Shown piece by piece: positions 22,855 to 35,643 of a DNA stretch of 64,000 nucleotides (its first letter is position 1; the number at the start of each line of letters is the position of its first letter). Below the pieces are notes generated by a model that was not told where the DNA came from, did not search any database, and worked only from the letters and a program-made list of their open reading frames with translations. A program made the position numbers and the translations under genes. Origin of the DNA: Zootoca vivipara (Eukaryota); NCBI RefSeq assembly GCF_963506605.1, contig NC_083294.1:37448001-37512000 (forward strand), written 5' to 3'.

Positions 22855-23003
22855 TTTTTAGATGGAAGTTGTTGAGCTTTTTTTAAGATTGAAGTTGTTG
22901 AGGTTTTTTAGGATTTTACTCCAGGAAATAAACTTCCAGAGGAGCAGGATTAAACCAACCAGCGGGCCGGATTAGGCCCCGAAATGGACTTTGGACATAC
23001 CTG
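22855..23003 (+). mobile_element. Right half and right TIR of the 7121 hAT MITE
   Basis: cgggccggattaggcccc.gaaatgga shared with 7333-7360; ends ACTTTGGACATACCTG. Confidence 0.8.
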
Positions 23004-23087
23004 ATTCTAGTCCAACCTGCTGCCATATTTTGCCCAACATACGACTTGAACTCATGACCCTGAGATTAAGAATCTCATGCTCTGAGC
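23004..23087 (-). mobile_element. tRNA-Lys(CTT)-derived SINE head half
   Basis: Reverse complement agagcatgagattCTTaatctcagggtcatgagttcaag...gttgggca resembles vertebrate tRNA-Lys-CTT; leads into ggttggactaga (CR1-type tail). Confidence 0.8.
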
Positions 23088-24750
23088 ATAAAACTAAGCA
23101 GGTTTATGATATCTTTGAAACTTGCAAGAGAAGCTCTTCAGCAGACAGAAGTGACCTTCTAGGTATAATGCAATAAAGCTTCTCCTGAGCTGTATTTGGT
23201 GTAAAATATAAGACTAGCCAAAGCCCCCACCTATTCCAGCATCTTGTTCTCACATAGTGGCTATCCAGATGCCTGTGGGAATCCTAAAAGCCGGATATAT
23301 GCACAACAGGCCTCTGCCCACCTGTGGGCTTTAGTACCAGTACCTTGAACTTGCCCCGCTATATCACTTGTGGCATCATCCTATGACAACAAGAGCAAGG
23401 GGCAGACCTCAGCCACTGAATGTGTACTTTAGAACATCCCCAATCAGAGTAGTTATTTGCTGAACAGCAGCAATGATCAAGAGAACATCTCGCCTTAATG
23501 CAGGCCTTGAAAGGCATCCTATGCAGTAAAGGGTAATGAGACATGGCTCTGATCGATTCCCCCCAATAACCTTTATCTAGGTTCTAATGAAAGCAGGGGG
23601 AAAACAGGGGGATTTATCCATGGCGTCTGTTAGGAGACCATCATTACGCAGTAGGGGGATACAATGTCATTTTGAGCTTTTAAGTACACCTGGGGATAAG
23701 CTCTGGACCTAGCCGACAATCAATCAGCTGAGGGTTTAAAATGAGACAATAATCAATTTCTGAGCAAGATTTAAGTGCTGTTGTAAAAAAGGTTTAAAAT
23801 GTTTGAAGGTTAGAGCACTCGGCGGGAGCGATAAGATCTGCCACAAATCGTGCATGAATCGGTCATTATGGATGGAGTGGGGCTGGAAACTTTATACCCT
23901 GGATGAAGTAGACCAAAAGCCTTTCCATCATCCCAGCAAGGAGCAGAATGGTAAAAGGGAAAGTGAGAAAGAAATATGATTTTTAGAAGGAAGGAGGGAG
24001 AGAGATAACTTGCTGGTACTGAAAGGATGGCTCTGGTTGTTGTTGCTTTTTAATCAGCTCCATATTCCGCTTCCAGAGAGTTGTGTTTTCAATGTGCTGT
24101 TTTGGTGGAAGGGGTAACCTTTAAACAAGTTTGCAAGAAAGGAATACGGAAATGCCGTGATGTAATGGTAACCGTTGATCCATGAACGCATGCACACACA
24201 CATGCATTAAACACATGCACACACACACTACAAAGAGCAGCAGCCCATAGGATAATACCCAGTTTGTGAGAATCAGCAGGACTGCATTCCTGTGAATGGC
24301 TTCCTAGGAGTTAGCTCCATTGATCTCAGTGGTACTTACTTCTAATTGCGTAAGCTCTACCCACAATTCAGTCTTTGGCTTTTTAATTAAAAATGCAAAC
24401 AATCATGCCAAGGAATTGGAGCCCCATCAAAGAAAAGTTATGAAATGATTATCCTCTGCTTGACTCCTTTCCTCATCCTTTGACTGCCACAAATAAACTA
24501 GAAAGCCTTATTGTCACCTCACACACTTGGTCAAGCAAGGAGGGACCTTTGATGTCAGATTATGTCAGCATTTGCTCTCCACCACACCACTGAGGAAGAA
24601 GGCCACCACTGTTGCTCTGTCAAGTTTAAAAAAATGCTAAGGTCATTACACACAGGACCAAGACAACTTGCCTTCGATTGTACCCTTGGCTTCTAGACAT
24701 TTGTCCCAGATAGCTACAATGAACATGCTAGGGTGTTGATGGGGCTGCAG

Positions 24751-25804
24751 CAGGGCCGTCTCTAGGCCTGGGCTGGGTGGCGCAATGCACCAGGGCGCCT
24801 GGCCACCAGGGGCGCTGCTGCTCTGCCCCCCACCTCCCTGCCCATGCCTCTAGCGCGCCCTGCAGGGCCAATGGGAAAAGCTTCTCCCCCCCCGCCCCCT
24901 GCAGTTGCTGCGGCCTCTGGCTCCCTCCTCCCACAGCTGAGCACCTCGCACTTGGGAGAGCCAAGCGCACTGTCTGAGGGAAAGCAAAAGAGCAGCTCAA
25001 GAGAGAGAGAGAGTGAGGAGCCGTCTGCACTCCTTCGCCCGCCCGCCCGCCCACCCTTCCTTCATCCCCTCGCCTCAGGAGTGGCAGCGGCCGAAGTCAC
25101 CGTTCGCCTGGCGCTTTGTGGGGAGGCGGAATGGAGACCCCCCCCTCTGCAGCCGATGCCTGCTGCTGCCCCTGGTGCCCGCTGCAGCCGCCTTCACAGC
25201 TTCTCCTGCTGCTCTCTGCTCTTTGCCTGTGGCCAGCTGAGTGCTGGGCTCCAGCAAGGCGCAGGTGGGGGGTATTTAATAGGGGCTGGGGTGCCCAGTA
25301 GCCGTGCGTGTGGAGGAGCTGCTCTGGAACTTTTTGAAGGAGAGGCGGGGGCGGGCAGGGGCGAGCCCTGCGGAGGAGGCTGCAGGTGGTGGGTCTGACT
25401 GGCCCCGGATCGCGCGCTCCCTCGGACTCGCCGCTCCCTCCTGCCATCTGGGAGAGAGAGGCTCCTTCCCTCGTGATCCTCTTCCCTCCCTTGTGATCTC
25501 GTGGCACTCACATATTTTGTATTTTAATAAAGTTGTGGCCAAATTTATGCCAAAAACTTAAGAATTTCTGTGTGGAGTGTGCTTTACTTTGAGGGGTGGT
25601 TTGGGGACCTCGACACGCAACAAAAACAGTTTATTTATGTTTCCTGTTTTCTTTTCCCAAGCAGAGATAATAAGCAAGTGTGGTGTCAGCTCCCTAAAAA
25701 AGGTCAACAACTCTGGGGATCCCTTCCTAAAAAAGGTCAACAACTCTGGGAAATGGGTGGGGCGCCGGAGGGATCTTCGCACCACAGTGCTTAAGACGGC
25801 CCTG
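24751..25804. mobile_element. Non-autonomous hAT element (1054 bp) containing an LTR-like fragment ending at 25622
   Basis: TIR CAGGGCCGTCT/AGACGGCCCTG; perfect TSD ggctgcag. Confidence 0.92.
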
Positions 25805-25811
25805 GGCTGCA

Positions 25812-26084
25812 GTTGTTGTTCAGTCGTTTAGTCATGTCCGACTCTTTGTGACCCCATGGACCAGAGCACGCCAGGCACGCCTGTCTTCCATTGCCTCCTG
25901 CAGTTTGGTCAGACTCATGTTGGTAGCTTCAAGAACACTGTCCAACCATCTCTGTCGTCCCCTTCTCCTTGTGCCCTCAATCTTTCTCAACATCAGGGTC
26001 TTTTCCAGGGAGTCTTCTCTTCTCATGAGGTGGCCAAAGTACCGGTATTGTAGCCTCAGCTTCAGGATCTGTCCTTCCAGTGAG
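25812..26084 (-). mobile_element. Bov-B (RTE) LINE 3' end
   Basis: MRREDSLEKTLMLRKIEGTRRRGRQRWLDSV...VHGVTKSRT; (CAA)n tail. Confidence 0.95.
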
Positions 26085-26809
26085 TGCGCAATGCCTACAT
26101 TTTTATATATATAGTTTTTAGGAAGAAGAGTTCAAACCTTTCCCCTGAAATGCTAGCTCTGTCTACATGCTAGAAGTGTTAGACAGATATGGGGAGTACT
26201 CCAACATGCATTTTCTATCCCTATTCCAATTTGAAGTGAAAACATAACTTGACTGCAAAAGAACTCTTCAAAAATCACCTGTTTAAATGGAGCTTGGCAA
26301 ACTATGTATGAGTTGGATCACAGACAAAATGGAAATTTTTCAGTTATATACCAGTCACCTTTATATAAAAAAAGTGGATATTAAAATATAGTAAGATTTA
26401 AACCTTTCTTGGTCTGAGCAAATGGCACCATGAGTGAATAAGAAAAATCTGTTTTGAATTGCCGTTCTTTATCCTACTTTCCTAAATGGCAAGTGATCAA
26501 ATAGTTATTGCTGGAATAAGCCTTAAATGCTTCACAGTGCAGGTCTATTCATGTGTAATCTGGAGTTCAGAGGGACTGATTCTCAAATAAGTGAATATAG
26601 TAGGGGAGATTAGCATTCTGCCCCCCCCCCCCTGGTTACATTTCATTGGGGGTAACCTGCCAGCAATGGGCAAGGTCCATACCCAGCAGTGAGCAAAACC
26701 AAAATCAAAAGTGGCAGGAGCCAAGCCAAAATAATCGGTCTCCCCTCACCCTTTTACTCTCTTTCTGTGATCCCCTTTTTATTTCACTACTACTATTTTT
26801 CATTCTCTG

Positions 26810-27085
26810 GTAGGGATGAGCATATCTGCCAATTTCGGTTCTCTTGGTTTCTAATGTTTCAGTCTTAAATTTAGTTCTCCACATTTCTGCACCAATCTGC
26901 AATTAAATTTGCCAGCATTTGAAGGCGGATTTCCCTAATGGATCCGCTGGAGAATTGCACTACAAAATTCAGAATGGATACAAATTTCAAAGGATGCCTG
27001 TGCTTAAGGTTGCATATTGGTTCAAGTCATGTGAATTAGGCAATTTCTCATTGAAATGCAAGCAAAATTGAATTTCTTCTCCATT
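26810..27085. mobile_element. Degenerate interspersed repeat
   Basis: Starts tagggatg; related to 2868-3090 and 46865-46950. Confidence 0.6.
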
Positions 27086-28458
27086 CATACTCTCTGGCAC
27101 TCTTTCTTCCTCCCGCCACCAGCCATTCTCTCCCTCTCTCTGCCCCCTCTTCTCCCTCTCTCTCTCCTACTCCCTATATCTCTTCTTCTCTGCCACTCCC
27201 TTTCTCCACATTTATTTCCTTCCTTGCTACCTGCATAAAACTAGATCAGGAGCTGTAATTCCACCACTGGCTATCGTGTTGTAGCATCAGAAAGGTGGAA
27301 GCAGAGGTAAGAAGAGATATCAGGATCCATGATACTCTGCTTTCCTGTGGTGTTTTGTTGTCCCCTGTACAGAAACAATAGGGAGAAAGCCCCAGTTTGA
27401 ATCAGAGTACATCAATCCAATGTGGATGAATTGCACTGGAGAATCTAAAACAGAGACATTAAAATTATTTCCTATATCTCTTCAGGGTCTGGCAGGTGAA
27501 AAACTGCTACTTGTTTAGCTTCCCTTTTTTCTTTTCTTTTCTTTTTGTTATTTTTAAAGATCCCATTTCAGGTCAATGTTTGGGCAAGAAACCTATCAGC
27601 AAATATATCCCAACCCAAGGTGCATGGGTAGAATTCCATGGAGCTGATTGTCTTTTCTATTTTTATTAGTAAGAATGATGCTCTTGAATAAGCTTATAGC
27701 AGAAATGCAATATGACACAGTTAACAGCACTATAGTTAGTTCAATGATAAAAAATGACTATCTTTCACAGAGTTCTTCCATTACTCCTTTTCTCCTAATA
27801 TGTATCAATGTCAGCTCTTTGCAGCTGTTCTTTCCCATTTTCTGATTATTGTTATTATCTGCAAAAACATATCTGGACCAGGCATTGGAAATAATCAGGC
27901 ACTGTTGACATTAGAGGCTGGAGGGATGACAGTGGGGGGTGGGGGTCACCTCTGGAGTGAACAGTCATCCCAGTATTATCTTTATTCATAGGTTTTAGTA
28001 GTATTTCTCAAACATGAAATCCCTATTTGGCCAGGGATAAGAGAAGGGCAAAGAGGATGACTGCAGTGGACAGACTTTGTACTTGGTTGTTTATTATTGT
28101 TATTATTGTTATTTGGTCACTTTATCTTTCCCAGACTTACAGAATGACAGGCAGACAGACGGACAGAAAAAAACCAACAGAGGCATTCAAACCGGGGGGG
28201 TGGGGGTGTAAAAACAGACCAGAAGATTTTACAGACCAGAAGCTTAGGTATCAATTAGGTATCAAAGCCAGGTGCAAAAATGGTGGCTATATTGGGCTCC
28301 CTGTCTTTTGCCCTACCAGCCCCAATGGGCACCAGTCACCACTGTCAAGATGGAAGAAAAGCAGGATATAAACGCAATCAATAAAGGTGCCATCCTGACC
28401 TCCTCAAAGCCAATATAGTCAATTCTGTCTATTGGCTGCCCCTTTGCTTGGTATAAAG

Positions 28459-28594
28459 CAGGCATCCCCAAACTGCAGCCCTCCAGATGTTTTGGCCTAC
28501 AACTCCCATGATCCCTAGCTAACAGGACCAGTGCTCAGGGAAGACTGGAATTGTAGCCCAAAACATCTGGAGGGCCGAAGTTTGGGGATGCCTG
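28459..28594. mobile_element. hAT MITE (136 bp)
   Basis: TIR CAGGCATCCCCAAACT/AGTTTGGGGATGCCTG; perfect TSD gtataaag. Confidence 0.95.
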
Positions 28595-29519
28595 GTATAA
28601 AGGAACTGTGTATATTTGGTGCAGGGCCCTATTAACATGTATTTATTTGACTGCAACAATTGTTAACTTTTGAATGTTGCATGATGTCATTCTAATTGCA
28701 GCCACCCACTAAGCGATTGTTTTCTTTATATTCACAAACCTGCTACAAATGCTGTTCACTTCTGCTGAATTGAAACGTCTTTAATGAAGGCAAGACTGAT
28801 GACATCAATAGATTCCTTTCATTCCTCTTTTTGGCCAGGAGCATTTATGAATCGTCAAGACAATATTTATTATCTCACAAGATTCTTGGCTTGATAGCGC
28901 AAATATTAACGGTCATTTGCTCCCCTTTATGCTTGCATTGTTGTACTCCTCCCCACCCAAAATCAATAGGAGCACAAATGAACAATGAGCAGGGGGAACT
29001 TTCCAATACAATCTACTCTTGAAGATTCCCCGACTCATTTTTGTTACTGCCAAAAAGGGTCAATATTAATTGATGGTGCCTTGGTAGCAGAATAAATGTT
29101 CTTGGCTATAAACGGTGAGAGATACGCAAAAGCAAAGCACCCTACTTGTATTTTATCCAGGCAACCACACATAACAACCATTTTCTCAAAAGTTAACATT
29201 CACCAGCTCAAATATGAAGAATAAAACAAGGTTTTGAATCCATAAGAATTCTGGAAAGAAATGATGACAGGGTTTTATCTAAAGGAGGGCTGGGAATCTG
29301 CGGTCCTCCAGCTGTTGCTGAACTATGACTCGCATCAACCCTGACTGTTTGTCATGCTGATTGAGGCTGAGTCCCACAACAGCTGGAGGAACACAGGTTC
29401 CTGATCCCTGATCTACCCTACAGGTGTGCAACCTAACTCTGTGTTTTGGTTACTCTAAAGTAAGCAGCTAACTGTGTTTGATGGAGCTTACTCCCAAGTG
29501 TCCTAGGATACTCCAACAC

Positions 29520-29790
29520 CATCAGAGTCCACCTCTGCCTGCTCAGTCAGCTGCAAGATGGGCAGTACACCGAGATCCCTGTTCTGTCTCTGCCTCCCAA
29601 CACCACGTGCAAGCATTCAGCTCCCAAATGGATTGGTCTCCTGGTGGGAACGATGGAGTTTTCAACTATCACTGCCATGTCCCACTCAATGTCCCTCCAA
29701 CTTTGACCGGTGCTCCACTGAACATCCAGGCAGGCAAAGCTGTGGACTGTCAGGGTCCAGTAGTGCCATTGGTTTAAAATGATCCCAACA
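29520..29790 (-). mobile_element. Possible Vingi/RTE-like LINE 3' relic
   Basis: Frameshifted minus-strand PPG...W.LN..RGVGR-like motif. Confidence 0.3.
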
Positions 29791-30019
29791 CAGGCCTCAT
29801 ACTGAATGAATAGGGAATATTGTTGCTCAGGAGGAAACGAATCTTGCTGCTCAGGAGGAAATTTTCCAGGAACTGAAAGGGCCATGAGATGTCTGCTTTA
29901 TTTATGCTTTGTATTATTTCCTAATAAACCCACTAAAGCAATTAACAGTGTTTTCTTGATTGAATCCAAAAAGAACCCCTTGCCCCTTGGCAAGACAGTT
30001 CACTCTGCCTGTCACTGTC

Positions 30020-30341
30020 CAGCAGAGGAGGAAGCCACTCGGGTGCCTGGGGTGGCATGCCCAGGGGTGGGGCAAGCCACCCATAGGGGTGGGGTGCACT
30101 GTGGGGCCTCCGGAGTCTGCCTGCCTCCTCCCACTCAGTCGCCCTACAGCTGGGGGGGGGAGGCGGCAGGCGGACTGTTTGGGCAGTGCGGAGCCTGCAC
30201 ACACCCAAGCCACCGCGTCACTCCCAGGAGAGACACGTGACTCGGGCGCACTGCAAGCCCCACAGTGAGTGCTGCCCAGCATTTTGTCACTCCCCTCAGT
30301 GGTGGGGTGGCCCGCACCCACCGCACCCCCTCCTCCACCTG
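30020..30341. mobile_element. hAT non-autonomous element
   Basis: TSD tcactgtc/tcactgcc; related to 48111-48561. Confidence 0.82.
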
Positions 30342-31734
30342 TCACTGCCTTCTGCCCCACCTGTCTCAATGGGCACCAGCTGCTACTGCTCTTGCAGCCT
30401 GCAGGGTGGGAAAGAAGTGTAGACAGAAGGAGAGAAAGAGGAATGGTGTGTGTGTGTGTGTTGACCCAACACACTTTTCACCATGGTCTGTCCTGGCACT
30501 GGCTCCTTCCTCACCCATTGCAAGGATTTTCCCCATGAGGGAATGTGGCCATCAGCCAGCAAATGGTTGCTCGCCCCTGCTTTAGGGGAAAGGCATAATT
30601 AAACTGATATAAAGTAGAAATAAATTAGTACGGCAGACATGCCGTCTTTCCTTAATGGCAATGAGAGATCCAGGATAGATCAATTTTATTATTTAATTTT
30701 ATTAACAGCATTTCTATGCTATCCAGTAACAGTGTATCTCTGGGAAGCTTACACACAATAAAGCACTGAAAATATAATAAGCACAGAAAAACAAAAAAAG
30801 GGCTAAATAAATTTCAGCATAAACATTCGGCGTAATCATTTCAGCAGATTGCTAATTATCATTTAATATTCATCTGATAATCAGGTGAATCAGTGATTGC
30901 CTTTGCAACCAATACAAGCAGTAATGTCTGAGTGGGTTGGAATTAATAGCCCTGCGTATATTCCAGTGTAAAATGAAAAGAATGCAAAATTGTCCTCATT
31001 TCTATATGAAAGGAGAAAACTTCCTTCCATCTCATCATGTTTAACGTTAATAGATTTTGCCCAGCTACCCACTTTAATTAACAAGCCATTATTCCAACAA
31101 TGTCCTACTCTTGGGGTGGCGAGAGTTCATCTTTAGCATGCAAAGTGTCTAGCTAATAGGGCCTGGCTGGATTCATCACAAAGAGGAAAGATGTCTTGAA
31201 AGAGTGAAGAAGGAAATGAATCCGGTACTTCATATAAGTAACAGTCTACATCTTGAGGGATTAGTTTTACATTCTCTAATTACAAATGGGTTACACACAG
31301 GCAATTTCATCAAATTTAAAGAGAAGGAAGAAAGGAAAAGGGGCAAGATAGGAACAAAGGGAGTTGCCATTTACAGAGTCAGGCCATATAGCCCAGAGGT
31401 AGCCAGTGTGATGCCCTCAAGATGTTGTTGGGTTACCGCTCTCATCACCACTGATGGTGCATCTCCCATCATCTGAAGAGCCTTATTTTGGCCATCCACA
31501 GTCTACAGTGTGGATTCTACACTGATGAGCAGCAGCTCTTCTGGGTTTAAGAAGGGTGAACTCCCCAGCTGTACATGGCGGTGCCAGGGATTGAACCACA
31601 TCTGCTGTTCCATAACTTGCCATACCTTTTTGACCATCCTTGCATGAGCTTGGTGGAATGGGGATAAGACGTTGTTGTCAGAGGCTCTTGGAATGTAGAA
31701 AAGAACAAAATTTAGACACTCCTGGAATAATAAT

Positions 31735-32620
31735 AATACATTATTTATACCCCGCCCTTCTGGCTGGGTTTCCCCAGCCACTCTGGGTGGCTTCCAACAG
31801 AAGAATAAAATAATCGATTAAAGATTAAAAGCCTCCCTAAACAGGGCTGCCTTCAGATGTCTCCTAAAAATCTGGTAGCTGTTTTTCTCTTTGACATCTG
31901 GTAGGAGAGTGTTCCACAGGGCGGGTGCCACTACCGAGAAGGCCCTCTGCCTGGTTCCCAGCAACTTGGCTCTCGCAACGAGGGAACCGTCAGAAAGCCC
32001 TCGGCACTGGACCTCAGTGTCTGGGCAGAATGATGGGGGTGGAGACACTCCTTCAGGTATACTGGACCGAGGCCATTTAGGGCTTTAAAGGTCAGCACCA
32101 ACACTTTGAATTGTGCTCGGAAACGTACTGGGAGCCAATGTAGATCTTTCAAGACTGGTGTTATGCGGGCTCGGCGGCCACTCCCAGTCACCAGTCTAGC
32201 TGCCGCATTCTGGGTTAGTTGTAGTTTCCGGGTCAACTTCAAAGGTAGCCCCACGTAGAGCACATTGCACTAGTCCAAGCGAGAGATAACTAGAGCATGC
32301 ACCACTCTGGTGAGACAGTCTGCAGGCAGGTAGGGTCTCAGCCTGCGTACCAGATGGAGCTGATAGACAGCTGCACTGGACACAGAATTGATCTGCGCCT
32401 CCATGGACAGCTGTGAGTCCTAAATGCACACCTGGTCCTTCAGGGGCACAGTTACCCCATTCAGGACCAGGGAGTCCTCCACACCTGCCCGTTTCCTGTC
32501 CCCCACAAACAGTACTTCTGTCTTCAGATTGAGGATTCAACCTCAATCTGTTAGCCGCCATCCATCCTCCAACCGCCTCTAGGCACTCACACAGGACCTT
32601 CACCGCCTTCACTGGTTCTG
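31735..32620 (-). mobile_element. L2 LINE 3' fragment (ORF2 C-terminus)
   Basis: LYVGLPLKLTRKLQLTQNAAARLVTG...LHWLPVRFRAQFKVLVLTFKAL; WMAANRLRLNP. Confidence 0.95.
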
Positions 32621-32649
32621 AACCTTTATATATCTGATCAGGCAGCAAC

Positions 32650-33270
32650 TAAGAAGATCAGAAAAGCATTGGTAGATCAGAGCGGAGGTCTATCGAGTCC
32701 AGTATCCTGTTTTCAACAGTGGCCAACCAGATGCCTCCAAGACGTTTGCAGGCAGGACAGGAAGCCAATAGTATTCTGCCATTGTTTCTCCCTAGCAACT
32801 GGTACTCAGAGACATACTGCCTCTGAACCTGGAAATTCCATGCAGCCATCATGCCCTCTATTGCTGATGTTCAGGCCTGAGTACCAATGCTCCACACACA
32901 AGACTAAGGTATCTGAAGGCTCCTGGTGCCCCCAAATTTCAGAAATAATGGAACAAATCATGAGAGACAAAACCCAAATGTTCCCCCAAACAACCCAATG
33001 AAGACAGAGTGTTCTCAGTAGCCACAAAATGTTGGCTGACTATTGGGAGGGGGGATAAAAAACTGGGTGGGAGTATGAAGGAAATGAGTTTCATGGAGGA
33101 GGACATGGCTGGCTGGCCAAGCCCTAAAAAAAGGATCACTGTATACAGGAACAGTTTGTCTCGAGTCCCACTTCTCACAACTAGTACTTATTGATGGACT
33201 TCACTTCCTCCATAAATTTGTCTAATCCCCCTTTAAGCATCTAAGATATGACCATCATCATATCTTGTAG
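32650..33270 (-). mobile_element. CR1 3' fragment split by a ~325-bp insertion (32853-33178)
   Basis: CR1-like 3' region in two collinear pieces. Confidence 0.6.
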
Positions 33271-34849
33271 CAGCAAACTCAATGCATTACTGATGTACAT
33301 ATAGCTCTAACCCATTACCCCTGACCTTTAGCCATGCTGGGTGGAGTGGGTAGGAAAGAAGTAACTCTGTGAGCCCCAGCTCTGTGGCCAGTCAAACTTG
33401 TGGACTAGCCTCCACTGAATGCAACTTCCATCAACTCCACCCAGCATGGCTAAAGGTTGGGGTAATGGGAGTTGTCAACATCTGGAAGGCCACTAGTTCT
33501 CTAATCCCAGTTTAGGGGAAAGTGGCTGAGGTGCACTTCAAAATTGTACTTACTAGCATTTTAACTTAGCACTATAGCAGTTTGGCATGTCTGCCTCCTC
33601 CTTCCCTTGTCACATCTAATTTGGCTCCCAGTGGCTGCAGGGCAGGCAGGCAATAGGAAGCTCATTAATAGAAGACTTCCTCCACACAGAGGTGCAGCTG
33701 GCACCTTCACTGTGCAGTTTTTGTTATATGCTGAAGATGCTCCTATGACACTTAAGGCATCTATTTATAATAGGTAATTTTAGACTAGACATAATAGTAT
33801 GCTGTCCCTAGTTTAAATGGTAATGTCTGCTATTTACCTTATTTCTAAATGTGGCAACCCACGCACTGCTGGGTTGGGGGGCCTTCTTACTCCTTCTGCT
33901 GTGGGACCCCTGGATCTCTGCCCTCAAATTCACCAGACCTCATCTTTCTTGGTTGCTTCTTTTTCAGCTGCCTAAATAATACTCACAAAATCCTTGCTAT
34001 TTTCCATGCAATAACCTTTTCTTTGAAACTATAAAAAAGAGAAATGTCTTTGTTGTTGTTTACCTATTGAAGAAAAGCATCTTAAAATGGAGGGGGTGTT
34101 AAACTCAATCCAGGTTTGTAATGAACTCAGCTACTGGGTTGGATAGTGAACAGTAAAGGGAGAGGAAAGATTAACCGCATCAATGGGCAGAACCTCATCC
34201 TAGCACAGAGATCAGGGAAGGGAATAGTCAGGGGAAAATAGAATGACTTTCTGCAGCCCTTTATATCGTATTTCATCTCAGTTCATTATTGTTAAGGGAC
34301 AAGTAAACTAAATGCTTCTTCCATGATCATAGAAGTCAATTATCTACTTTAAAAGGGGCCGTGCGGAAGACTGAAAATGAAGAAATTAGACCCAGGATGG
34401 CTACTGCGACAAAGCCCACATTGGGGGGGGGGGGGGGGTAAAACCCATCACAGTTTTAAAAATTGGTGCACAGAACATGCTGGCTTGCCTTGATGCTGTT
34501 GGAAATTTGACATGCCTCCGATGATATCGGCAGAAATGCAGAAAGCAGCACTGAGGAGCTGCCATGCTTTAATGTCGTTAGGCTAAACAGTCTTTCCTGG
34601 AAAAATAAAAGAATCAGAAAAATGTTAACTGTATCTTCCTGGTCTGTCCTGACATTGATTTGAGCTTAAAACGTATAATAGGTCCTTGAGGCTGTGTGGT
34701 TCTGCATTGTGTTTCGAAAATGATTCTCCCTACCCCTTTTCTATTGCCAAAGAAAGAGATCCATGACAATGTCATGTTACTGGGTTGCGAATATTTCCAA
34801 GCCAATATTTATCATGCTGTACAGCTTACAATGCTTTTCACTAAACGCC

Positions 34850-35625
34850 CATTTAAGAAGGCTGATTTTAAGGAACTACTAGGTCAAGTCCCATGGTCAG
34901 AAATACTTAAAAGTCTAAGAGAAAGGAGTCCAAGATGGATGGGAGTTTCTAAAAGATGAAATATTACGGGTACAAAGGCAGACAGTTCCAACAAGAAAGG
35001 AAAAGTAGGAGGCACCTAAAGAAACCAGTGTGGCTGCATAAGAAGCTTACAGATGAGCTGAGATGTATAAAAGGAATGCATAAGAAATAGAAGAAAGGAG
35101 AAATCACGAAGGAAAAGTATACTCGAGCAGCCGACAGTTGCAGAGAGAAAGTCAGGCAGGCCACAGCTCAGAATTAGCTGAGGCTTGCGAGAGTGGTTAA
35201 AAATAAATTTAAAAAGTTTCTTTGGCTATGTTCAAAGCAAGAGGAAGAACAAGCAAGTAGTAGACCCTCCTGCATGAACAGATTGGAGAAATGCTGTTGG
35301 GTGAGAGAGAGAAGGCAGCACAGCTCAGCATGTACTTTGTCTCTGTCTTTACCCAAAAGGAAATTGGTGTCCATCCTGGTGATAATAGAATAAATGATGC
35401 AAGGAGGAAGCTGCTGTCCAAGACAGCAAAAGAGATTTAATTCAAATCTCCAGGGCCTGATGAGCTGCACCCAAGGGTACTAAAGAAGCTAGTGGATGTA
35501 ATCTCAGAGGCCCTGTCTCTAATCTTTGTGAGTTCTTGGAGAACAGGTGAGGTCCTTGCAGACTGGAGATGGGCAATTGTTGTCACCATTTTCAAAAAGG
35601 GGTGGGGGTGGGGGAGAAGACCCTA
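34850..35625 (+). mobile_element. CR1 ORF2 fragment (decayed)
   Basis: FKKADF..LLGQVPW..ILK; KSPGPDELHPRVLK; DWR.A.V.PFSK...EDP. Confidence 0.9.
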
Positions 35626-35643
35626 ACCCTAACCCTAACCCTA
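35621..35643. repeat. Short interstitial telomeric tract (CCCTAA)3CCCTA
   Basis: Direct reading. Confidence 0.9.

Noticed and set aside
23031-23087. Functional tRNA-Lys gene
   Set aside because: D-arm deleted, T-arm mutated, fused to a CR1-type tail, so it is a SINE head.
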